Shown one piece after another: positions 1 to 11,900 of a stretch of DNA of 64,000 nucleotides. The stretch lies in NCBI RefSeq assembly GCF_006345805.1, contig NC_043024.1:1364001-1428000 (forward strand), in the 5' to 3' direction. The notes beneath the pieces were generated by a model. The model did not search any database. It saw nothing but the letters and a program-made list of their open reading frames with translations, and was not told where the DNA came from. This DNA is from Octopus sinensis. Its lineage: Eukaryota. The translations under genes and the position numbers were made by a program. Position 1 is the first letter of the stretch, and every line of letters starts with the position of its first letter.

Positions 1-9
1 ACACACACA

Positions 10-41
<32 letters not shown>

Positions 42-2232
42 ACATATATAACATATACTATATACATACATATACATACATACATATAAATACACACATA
101 TACACACATATATATATTACACACATATATATATATACACATATATATATATACACACATATATATACACACATATATATATATATATACACACATACAT
201 ATATATATGCACACATACATATATATATATATTATACACACATACATATATATACACACATACATATATATACACACATATATATATATATACACACATA
301 TATATATATACACACATATATATACACACATATATATATACACACATACATATATACATACATATATATATACATATATATATACATACATATATACATA
401 TATACATACATATTATACATACAATATACATATATATACATACGATATATACATACATACATACAATATTATATATTACATACATGATATATACATACAT
501 AATATACTATACATATATATATACATACATATATATATACATACATATATATATACATACATATATATATACATACATATATATATACATACTATATATA
601 TACATATATATATACATATATATATATATACATACATACATATATACATACATATATACATACATATATACATACATACATTACGATACATACATATATA
701 TAATATATATATATACAATATATATATAATATATATACATACATTAATATATATATATACATACTATATATTATATATATACATAATATATATATAATAT
801 AAATACATATATATATATATATACATACATATATATTACTATACATATATATATATATATACATCATATATATATATATATACATACATATATATATATA
901 TACATACATAATATATATATATATACATAATAACATTATATATATATACATACATATATATATATACATACATATATATATATATACATACATATATATA
1001 TATATACTACATATATATATATACATACATATATATATAATACAACATATATATATACATACACATATATATATATAATACACATATATATATACATAAC
1101 ATATATATATACATACATATATATACATATATATATATAATACATACATATTATACATATATATACATACATACATATATACATATATATACATACATAC
1201 ATATATACATATCTATCATAATACATATCTACATAATATATACATAAATACATATATACATACATATATATATACATCATATCATACACATATACATATT
1301 ATATATATTACATACATACATCCATATATACATACATCCATATATATACATACATATACATATATACATCCATATATATACATACATACATCCATATATA
1401 TACATATATATACATACATCCATATATATATATACATATACATCCATATATATATACATATATATACATACATCCATATATATATACATATATATACATA
1501 CATCCATATATATACATACATATATATACATACATCCATATATATACATACATATATACATACATGCATACATACATGCATACATACATACATATACATA
1601 CATACATATATATACATACATATACATACATACATATATATACATACATATACATACATACATACATATACATACATACATATATATACATACATATAGC
1701 CATACATACATATATATACATACATACATACATATACATACATACATAATATATATACATACATACATACATATATATACATACATAAACAATACATATA
1801 CATACACACACACAACACCACATACATACAATAACACACAACATACACACATACATATATATATATATACATACACACAATACATTACATACATACATAC
1901 ATCACATACATACATACATACATACACAATACATACATTATATATACATACACACACATATATATATACATACACACACATATATATATACATACACACA
2001 CATATATATATATACATACATACACACACATATATATATACATACATACACATACATATATATATATAGACATACATACACATACATATATATATATAGA
2101 CATACATACACATACATATATATATATAGACATACATACACATACATATATATATATATAGACATACATATACACATATATACACATATACATACATATA
2201 TACACACATACATATATATACACATATACATA
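1..2232. repeat. Compound (TA)n/(CA)n/(TACA)n microsatellite field
   Basis: Low-complexity sequence; source of the YI/HT/VC ORFs. Confidence 0.98.
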
Positions 2233-2467
2233 ACGTACTAACTGTTACTTTCTCAGATGCATCACGGATTTTTGTCAGTGCAGAGGTCACAGTCTTAAAG
2301 CGACGAAAATATTTTGACAAATTAAACTTAAATGTTGAAGTGAATCGAACGGTTTTTGTGTGTTTCTTAAATGGCTTAGAAACACCTTCCACGCTGAAAT
2401 TGTTTGCGTTCCAGCACACAATCTCAGATCAAATCACTTGCTATGCAAGTACATCTCCGTAATACGT

Positions 2468-3250
2468 ACGTGTGTATATATATATATATATATGCATGTA
2501 TGTATGTGTGTATATGTATGTGTATATATGTGTATATGTATATATATATGTGTGTATATATATGTATGTATATATATATGTATGTATATATATATGTGTA
2601 TGTGTGTATATATATATATATGTGTGTATATGTATATATATATGTGTGTATATGTATATATATATATGTGTATATGTATATATATATATGTGTATATGTA
2701 TATATATATATGTGTATATGTATATATATATATGTGTATATGTATATATATATATGTGTATATGTATGTATGTATGTATGTATATATATATGTGTATATG
2801 TATGTATATATATATGTGTATATGTATGTATGTATGTATATATATATGTGTATATGTATGTATGTATATATATATGTGTATATGTATGTATGTATATATA
2901 TATGTGTATATGTATGTATATATATGTGTATGTATATGTATGTATGTATATATATGTGTATGTATATGTATGTATGTATGTATATATATATGTATGTATA
3001 TATATGTGTATGTATATGTATGTATATATATGTGTATGTATATGTATGTATATATATGTGTACGTATATGTATGTATGTATATGTATGTATGTATATATA
3101 TGTGTATGTGTATATGTATGTATATATGTGTATATGTATGTATATATGTGTATATGTATGTATATATGTGTATATGTATGTATATATGTGTATATGTATG
3201 TATATATATATATATGTGTATATATATATATATATTTACACACACACAGA
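2468..3250. repeat. (TA)n/(TATG)n microsatellite field
   Basis: Low-complexity sequence. Confidence 0.97.
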
Positions 3251-3624
3251 GGCTCAGGTGTGGCTGCATGGTAAGAAGCTTGCTGCTTCCCAATCTGGGT
3301 TCAGTCCCACTGCATGGCACCTTGGTCAAGTGTCTTCTACTATAGCCTGAGGCCAACCAAAGCCTTGTGAGTGGATTTGGTCAACGGAAACTGAAAGAAG
3401 CCTGTCATCTATGTTTGTGTGCCTGTGTTAGTCCCCACCACCACCATCACTTGACAACCAATGCTGGTGTGTTTACGTCCCCGTAACTTAGCAGTTCAGC
3501 AAAAGAGACCAATTGAATAAGTACTAGGCTTACAAAGAATAAGTGTCCTGGGGTCGATTCGTTTGACCAAAGGTGGTGCTCCAGCAAGGCCAGTCAAATG
3601 ACTGAAACAAGTAAAAGAATAAAG
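3251..3624 (+). mobile_element. tRNA-derived SINE, family A (octopus-type)
   Basis: tRNA-like head TGGCTGCATGGTAAG..GGGTTCAGTCCC, body CTTGGxCAAGTGTCTTCTACTATAGCC, tail GAAACAAGTAAAAGA; many copies in the window. Confidence 0.88.
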
Positions 3625-6161
3625 ATATATATATATACACACACAGAGACATCCAATGCAACTGTAAGTGAACAGGACCCAGCACCAACTCAGAGTTCAG
3701 TAGTTCTGTCTTTAACTCCGCATTAAGTTTATAACCACAAGACTTAATACCCAGTGGCACAGTCTGCTTAGTTGTAAGTGGGTACCACTATGATTGAATT
3801 CAGTATTATTATTATTATTATTAACAAGAAGGTTTTGGTACATGAACTTGCAGGTGGTAATTCTAGTTTCTCTTGCAAGTAAAACCACCTGCAACAGGCC
3901 AGGATTCAGCGGGAAAACTATGTCGGGCAAGCATTGCTATCCAGGGGGTGTGTTGTGTGGACACCCCCGGATGATGAAGTAGGCTAGCCCAATACGTAGA
4001 TATGGAGGGGGAAGTGTAGACGTCGTCAGAGAACAGTTGAGTAGACTAGAGAGGAGTGGAGAGTTGAGTAGAGGCATCCGAACGTGCGACATAACAAGGT
4101 GTGTGTCTCATTTGCCTCACTTTAGATAGGGAGATATAAGTTATTGAGTAAGCCCTAAAGAACTTTAGTTCCTGCACAAGATTAGCAAAATAGAAATACG
4201 AGTAATTGGCTGCACGAGCCGAGACTCATGCAAATTTTTGTCTTGAAGGACAAGTAGAAATGCGCAGCACGAACCACACAAAACGTGCCATCTTTAAGGT
4301 TAAGAAAACCAGTTTCCATATTTCTTTTGCTTTCTCTTTTTTAATGATTGTCATTTTACTTGTAACTTCACCTTTTGTTTTAAAAAGCGATAAAAAATTA
4401 ATTTTGAGTGATTTTTTGGGGTTGGACTGGAACAGATTAATTTTAGCTAATTTCAATGGAGAAAATTAATTAGTGAAACAAGGTCGGTCGTGGAATGAAT
4501 TAAGTAAGGTCTTACTGCAAGGTGTCTTTGTATTAGGGTCTTCTTTTAACGCAATCCCTGATCGGTTAAAGACTATCAGTTCTTCTTTATGGGAGCACAA
4601 TTCGTTACTTAAAAGATCAGGTCCAGATTGTTACCTTTTGGCTGTAAATAACTTCAGGGAGTCATTTCATTTTTCCATTACAAAGAAAGAAAAAAACAAA
4701 AAATATTTAAAAAATTAAAATGAATAAAAAAAATCTGCTGAAATGTGTGTGTGTGTGTGTGGTGACACTCAGTCTAGCTTGTGTGTTTGACGAAGATGTG
4801 TAAACTCAATTCCATTCCCTTCTCTGCTGTCAGGGGACAGACAGCACGATCCTTAAGGGAAGATGTGGCTGTCATTCATTGAAAGAGTTAAGGATGCACT
4901 GAACGTTTGTTGGTCGGCTGTTTTGAACTCTTTGCAGTTTGGGAAGAGCTGGAAAGGAAACGCAGAGTGTTGGTATAAGGAGGAGTGTGCCATGAGTGTC
5001 ACAGAGCGGCATCTGAGCATCGTGTTTCACACAGTGCCATGTAAATATTGTTATTGATGGGAGAAGACTTGTGTTGGGTGGGTGGAGGCTTGCTTTGTTG
5101 TAGTGTTTTATAAACGGGAAGGGTTTTAGGGGCAGCTCGGGTTGGGGGGGGGAAGTGGCCACCCGGCTCCTGCCGGGTGCTACACCTAGCGTATGGGAAT
5201 GGATGGGGAGGGGGGATTGGGGTTAGGTGTTAACTAGCGTGCACCTAGAGTCCAAAGTGAGAACACCCACCATGAACGGCAAGAAGTGAAAGTAAGTTTC
5301 CCCTTGCACGTAGAGAATGTACGGGGTAAGGAGGGAAAAAAAGGGGGGGAGGGATTGTCTGCAAAAACTACCCCCCCGTTTTCTCCTCCCCTAGTGTGTT
5401 TATCGTGGGGGTGGGTGGGAAACAGTAGCTACCCAGCACCTTAAATCGTTTAGAGTAGCTGTGTTTACACTGCTTTGTCAGTTCAAATTTGTTTTGGTTG
5501 GTTTGTTTTTTTTTAAATTCAATGACTAAAGAAAAAAACAAAAAAAATAATTTGAAAAAAAAAAGGGATAAAAAAGGTAATAATGCTGTGACACTGTTTA
5601 TTGAACACTGGAATTTTTTTTTTTTTTTCTCGCTCCATTTTGTTAAGGGTATTTCGTCCACAGGTGGGGTGGCATTGTCTTCATATGTTGTAAAAACAAC
5701 AAACCCTTTTATAACATTTTTTAAAGAAATAAACGTATCAGATTTGATTTGCTGTTGGTTTTTTTATCATTGCAATTATTATTATTATTATTATTAATAA
5801 GGTGGCGAGCTGGCAGAATCGTTAGCATGCCTGGTGAAATGCCTAGTGGTATTTCGTCCGTCTTTACGTTCTGAGTTCAAATTCCACTGAAGTCAACTTT
5901 CTTTCTTATCATTTGATTTCTTCCTTTTCTATACAGAATGTGAAACGAAGTGTTTCGGCTCAAGAATACAACGCACTGCCCAGTCCAGGAATTGAAACCA
6001 CAATCTTTCAATCACGAGTGCACTAGGCCAGGGCTGACCAACCTGAAGCCCACAGCCGCAGACTTTTATCTCGCGACCTGCTTCATACTTTCTTGAAGTA
6101 TTCTGTTTAATTTCAAAATAAAATTGTTTTTGTGTTCTTTTGTTTCAAAATAAATTTATAA

Positions 6162-6563
6162 GACGTAGGAGTGGCTGTGTGGTAAGTAGCTTGCTTACTG
6201 ACCACATGGTTCCGGGTTCAGTCCCACTGCATGGCACCTTGGGCAAGTGTCTTCTACTATAGCCTCAGGCTGACCAAAGCCTTGTGAGTGGATTTGGTAG
6301 ATGGAAACTGAAAGAAGCCCGTCGTATATATATATATATATGTTTGTGTGTGTGTGTACATGTGTGTCTGTGTTTGTCCTCCCAACATCGCCTGACAACC
6401 GATGCTGGTGTGTTTATGTCTCCGTAACTTAGCGGTTTGGCAAAAGAGACCGTTAGAATAAGTACTAGGCTTACAAAGAATAAGTCCTGGGGTCGATTTG
6501 CTCGACTAAAGGCAGTGCTGCAGCATGGCCACAGTCAAATGACTGAAACAAGTAAAAGAGTAA
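6162..6563 (+). mobile_element. tRNA-derived SINE, family A, full length with internal (TA)n(TG)n
   Basis: Same head, body and tail as the other copies. Confidence 0.92.
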
Positions 6564-7075
6564 GTGGCAATAAAGCAAAAAGCCTACAATTTTATGATTT
6601 TAAACAAATGGAAAGATGGGAAAAATTCCAGATAATTTGACTCTTTGTGCATAAAGTATCCAAGTGGCCCACAATGTAATTTGAGTTGGCCTGGCCATGC
6701 ACCTTCACATAATCATTGGAGCATTTTATAATTCACTGCCCAGAGCAGATCTCTTGTGTTCTTAAGCATAACGTTTCAATTCACATCACTTCAGTTAACT
6801 CAGCTGCAAAATGGGTAAACCTGTGACAGACTGGCATTTCGTTCATGCCAAATGTCGGCACGCCTGCCTCGCCAGTAGAGTGGTATCGTCCTAAAGCAAC
6901 AAAGTGCACTGTGACCAGTGATGTGTAACATCCAGTAGCCAGGTTGATACAGTAAGTAGTACCATGACATAACAAAAAAAAAAAAGACCAGCTAACAATA
7001 AGGGGCACGTGAATGTAAATTGATTCTGTTTGGCCACGAAGCAAAAAATATGCAAGATTTTTTCACATGAAATAC

Positions 7076-7081
7076 TTTATT
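7076..7081 (-). promoter_or_regulatory. Candidate polyadenylation signal AATAAA of CHORDC1
   Basis: An AATAAA on the minus strand about 410 nt past the stop codon; motif only. Confidence 0.45.
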
Positions 7082-7493
7082 TGTTGCCTGAAATTAAAAT
7101 GATGGAGTTTTGTTTCTTCAGTTAGAAATCAACAATTTTTTAATTTTTTTTTTTTATAGGAAAGATTTCAAATGGGGGGAGGTGAAAAAAAAAAGTAAAA
7201 AAAGACATTCGTAAAATGTCCATTACTAAGCATGCAGAGGATTTCCATGGAAACCGTTTAACTGGAAAGGTCCACAGTTAAAGAAAGTCTGCTTTGGGGA
7301 CAAAGGGGACACAAGAAATTAAATCGGTGGTTGTGAAAGGGTGGAAAGTTTGCATATTTTTCACTCGGTGGTTTTTAGCTGTTTAAGAGCAAAAGAAGAG
7401 GTAGGTGTGATTGAGGTGGATGCTGAAGATGAAATGGTCAACATACAAACAGCATGGATGGATGAGGCCACCTGGTGGGCATTTGGTAGGCTT

Positions 7494-7607
7494 TTAAGAT
7501 TTGGCTTTCAGTTCAAGGTTTTCCCAGCCGGAAGAATCAGCTTTGTGCAGTTTGATCTCAACTTTTTTCTCAGACATCTCCACTGCACTTTGCAGTGGGT
7601 CAATGAT
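7494..7607 (-). CDS. CHORDC1: CHORDC1 terminal coding exon 9 ([37 protein letters not shown])
   Basis: CS-domain C-terminal strands, acceptor CCTTTTTCCAG, TAA stop at 7496-7494. Confidence 0.95.
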   Translation of the reverse strand: MIDPLQSAVEMSEKKVEIKLHKADSSGWENLELKAKS

Positions 7608-8030
7608 CTGGAAAAAGGAAGAAAAATTGACATAGCCATACGTTTGATATATTTAATATATTTGGAAATGTTGTAACGGAGAAAGACTTTACATAATAAA
7701 ACCATTTCCTGTTATATATATAAACCTAAAACATGTATTAAATGATTTCAAAATATCAGCAATATATATACATATATACACACACATATATATACAAACA
7801 CATATATATATATATATATACATACACACATATATACACAAACACACATATATATATATACATACACACATATATACACACACATATATTCATACACATA
7901 TATATATACATACATATATTCATACATACATATATATATACATATATTCATACATATATATATACATATATATAATATATATTTTTTTTAAAGTTTCAGT
8001 TCAGAGCTGCAGCCATGCTGATGCACTACC

Positions 8031-8070
<40 letters not shown>

Positions 8071-8943
8071 CACATACACACACACACACACACACTCAGA
8101 ACCACATTAATAGCCTAGGGGTGAAATTTAGGATTTCTTGGGTGAGAAAGATCACAAAGAAGGTGAAGTACACCTTTCAGCCAGACAGTGCCCCAGCCGA
8201 CATGGCCAAGGGGCCATGCAAGAGTGGTTGGGGTCAAAGGACTTTTGGCCACTGCAGTTGCACAACCGCCTCAAGTACAGCGTGTGGGGTGCATATCAAC
8301 AGCAAGGTCCGTCACAGCACCATTAATGAGCTGAAGTCCTCCATCAACCATGTGTGGGGGTCAGCCTGAAGAAGGACTTCGTCCACAGTGTGTGTGCGCA
8401 GCCTTCAGGTCTCGCCACTGAGGGTGGTCACATTGAATAATGTTAATATTTAAAAACATGTTTATATGTTAAAACAGTAAAAACGTGTCTCACTGCATCA
8501 AAACTATTGAGTCCTTCATTAAGAGCGTAACAGGATTTTTGAAAAGACCAGTGTACATATACGTGGGTGTATAAATATATGCTTACAAGGCCTATACATA
8601 TATATGTGAGTACACACACACACACACACACATATTCTTTTATTTATTTCAGCCATGCTGGAGCACCGCCTTTAGTCAAGCAAATCGACCCCAAGACTTA
8701 CTCTTTGTAAGCCTAGTACTTATTCTATTGGACTCTTTTGCCAAACCACTAAATTACAGGGATGTAAACACACCAACATCGATTGTCAAGTGATGGTGGG
8801 GAGACAAACACAGACACACAAACATATATGTATCATCATCTTCATCATCGTTTAGCGTCCGTTTTCCATGCTACCATGGGTTGGACAGTTCAACTGGGGT
8901 CTGTGAAGCCAGAAGGCTTCATCAGGCCCAGTCAGATCTGGCA

Positions 8944-8986
<43 letters not shown>

Positions 8987-11900
8987 ATAGACACAACGGG
9001 CTTCTTTCAGTTTCTGTCTACCAAATCCACTCACAAGGCTTTGTTCTGCCCGAGGCTTTAGTAAAAAACACTTGCCCAAGGTGCCATGCAGTGGGACTGA
9101 ACCCGAAACTATGTGGTTAGTAAGCAAGCTACTTACGACACAGCCACTCCTACGCCTATATATATATATATATCTAAGCATCTCAATACATGTTTAACAG
9201 GTCAATGATAGAACAAGCGGATGCCAAAGAGAAACTGTACTCACACCACACAAGACTAGCTTCTTCTCAAATGCAAACTTTCCGGCATCGTACTTGAGGT
9301 AGATGTCACACGTCACTTGATTGACTTCAACATAAGATTCTTTCGGTACAACTAACTTGGCATAAATGGTCAGTGTAACAGTGGAGCCAGTCTGGTGCCA
9401 GTCGAAACGGCAGGTCTTGCCATCAACCTACAACAGAGAAGAGAAAAAAATGACAGATTTATTGATTGGTATACCATAACGTGCTGAAGATGAGGATCTC
9501 AAAATAGCAACGAGAGTCCAGGGGGTGGAACCAATTATCTCTGTGGTCGTTAAGCCCTAGGTCATTCTTATCATCACTTAACATCCATTTTCCATGCTGG
9601 CATGGGAACAGCTGGTTTGACTGGAGCTGGCATGCCAGGGGCTCTATGCCAAGCTCCACTCTCTACTTTAGCATGGTTTCTATGGCTATCGTATCTGCAG
9701 GGGACGTGGGCTGGAGTCCCATGGGCAACCTTCGACTTTTCCTATCCAAAAGAGATTTTCAAACCAGGATTTAGATGCTGTTATTTATAGCTTTGTGTGT
9801 TTCATGATATCCAAAAAACAGAAAAATTCACATTCTGACGAAAGTTTATACAACAAGAAAACCGTAGACCATCAAATCACTTCCCTTCCATTTTATTTTG
9901 ACATGCACACTGTGCTTTTATTCTCCTCTTCTTTTCTCCAAATCCAGGGTACACACGCACACATCGGGGGTCCATACTTCTTTTTCCCTGTTCCCACTCA
10001 AAACTGTTTACAGATAAAGACCATCTCACGAACGTGTAAGGAGCATTCGTGAAAGAATTCTCATGACCTGAACACTCGACATCAGAACTGGTGCCAAAAA
10101 ACGCAGTCCACCCTGCAAAGTGGTTGGCAGCAGGAAGGGTGAACATGATGGTGATGATGATTATAATGGCAGCAATGATGGGGGAAATAAAAACTGGTTC
10201 ACAAAATCAGGGTGAGTACATGTGGGACAGAGCTACAGCACTCACTACCACCACATGTGGGAAAGACTTACAGCACTCCACAACACCACATGTGGGACAG
10301 GCCTACAGCACTCCATGCCACCACATGTGGGGCAGACCTACAGCACTCCATGCCACCACATGTGGGGCAGACCTACAACACTCCATGCCATCACATGTGG
10401 GACAGACCTACAGCACTCCACACCACCACATGTGGGACAGGCCTACAGCGCTCCATGCCACCACATGTGGGGCAGACCTACAGCACACCACAACAACATT
10501 TTTCCTTCATGAAAGACACACATATAAACACAGGTTGGGTTAATACTGACCGTTTTCTTCTTCCACAAATGTTTGCCAATTTTGCATCCTGGTTGGTTGA
10601 GGAAAGACGAGAAATCTGATGTCTTAATTTCACAGCAGGACCAATATTTCATTCTTGAAAAAAGAAAGGGAAAAAAACAAAAACTGCAGACATAAGATTC
10701 AGTTCTCAAAGAGAATGCACACACACACACATGCGTGAGTGCATGTATATCTGTAAGTGTATGTGTATGTGCATGCAACTGTATGGATGTGTGTGAATGT
10801 GATTGCGTGTGTATATGTGTGCACATGTATTCATGCATGTGCATATGTGTACTCTTTACAGAACCCAATCAGTAGGGCTGCAACCACTCATGTTCTGTGT
10901 GAACATGTCTCTTTAGTATATCGTGTGTGTGTGTGTGTGCTTGATTATTTTCAACACGTGTCTTTAAAGATGCACACAACCAAATGTGTGTATATATTTG
11001 TGTGTGTGTAAGTCTAAAAAAACATTTCTCAACTACAAGAATATTTCCATGCAAGGTTCACAAAGTGCTCAACAAAATTGAACGTAACCGAATAAAGTTA
11101 AAATCAAAGTTATACGAGATACAAAGTGATGTGAATGAGGCAACACTTATGACAATAAAACGAAGGGTATGATGATGATGATACATATGGCTTGGAGATC
11201 TGGGAGTCTCTCCAGGTTGAGGTGCTTCTTCGCTGCACTGAGAATGTGATTAAAATGCTGCAAGAAGGAATCACAAACCAAATTCTTCAAGCCAATCCAA
11301 CTGGCAGCTGATCTAGGTGGGTGGAGAAGGATAGGATGGAGATGGTTGGATGACATCCACAGTCTCAGTCGGTCATGCCTGGGAATCCAATTCAAAAGTG
11401 TAACGACAGATTGCTTCTGATGTGACCTTATGGGGGTGTCTGAGGACTCCAAGCTCAATGAACCTTCAAAGAGTAGTGGACACAGATGGACGGGTGGATA
11501 TATTTTCTGGATATGCTGAAAATATTTCTAACAGCAGTTAAGACACCCATGCCGGTGACATGTAAAAAGCACCGTCCGAACATGGCAGATGCCAGCACCG
11601 CCTGACTGGTGTCCGTGTCGGTGACACATAAAAGCACCAACCGATCGTGGCCGTTTGCCAGCCTGCTCTGGCCCCTGTGCCGGTGGCACGTAAAAACATG
11701 GAAAGCGGACGTTAAATGATGATGATGATACACTCACGGAGTGGTTGGCGTTAGGAAGGGCATCCAGCTGTAGAAAAACTGCCAAATCAGACTGGAGCCT
11801 GATGCAGCCTCCATGGCTCACCAGACCCCGGTCGAACCGTCCAACCCATGCTAGCATGGAAAGCTGACATTAAATGATGATGATGATGCTAAGCTCATAT

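Noticed and set aside
117-3356. Many 100-380 aa ORFs rich in Y/I/H/T/V/C/M; similar ORFs at 31, 51, 58, 61 and 62 kb
   Set aside because: They are stop-free readings of (TA)n, (CA)n, (TACA)n and (GATA)n microsatellites.
10091-10619. 135-150 aa plus-strand ORFs with [15 protein letters not shown] repeats
   Set aside because: They are translations of the 35-bp minisatellite, antisense to CHORDC1.
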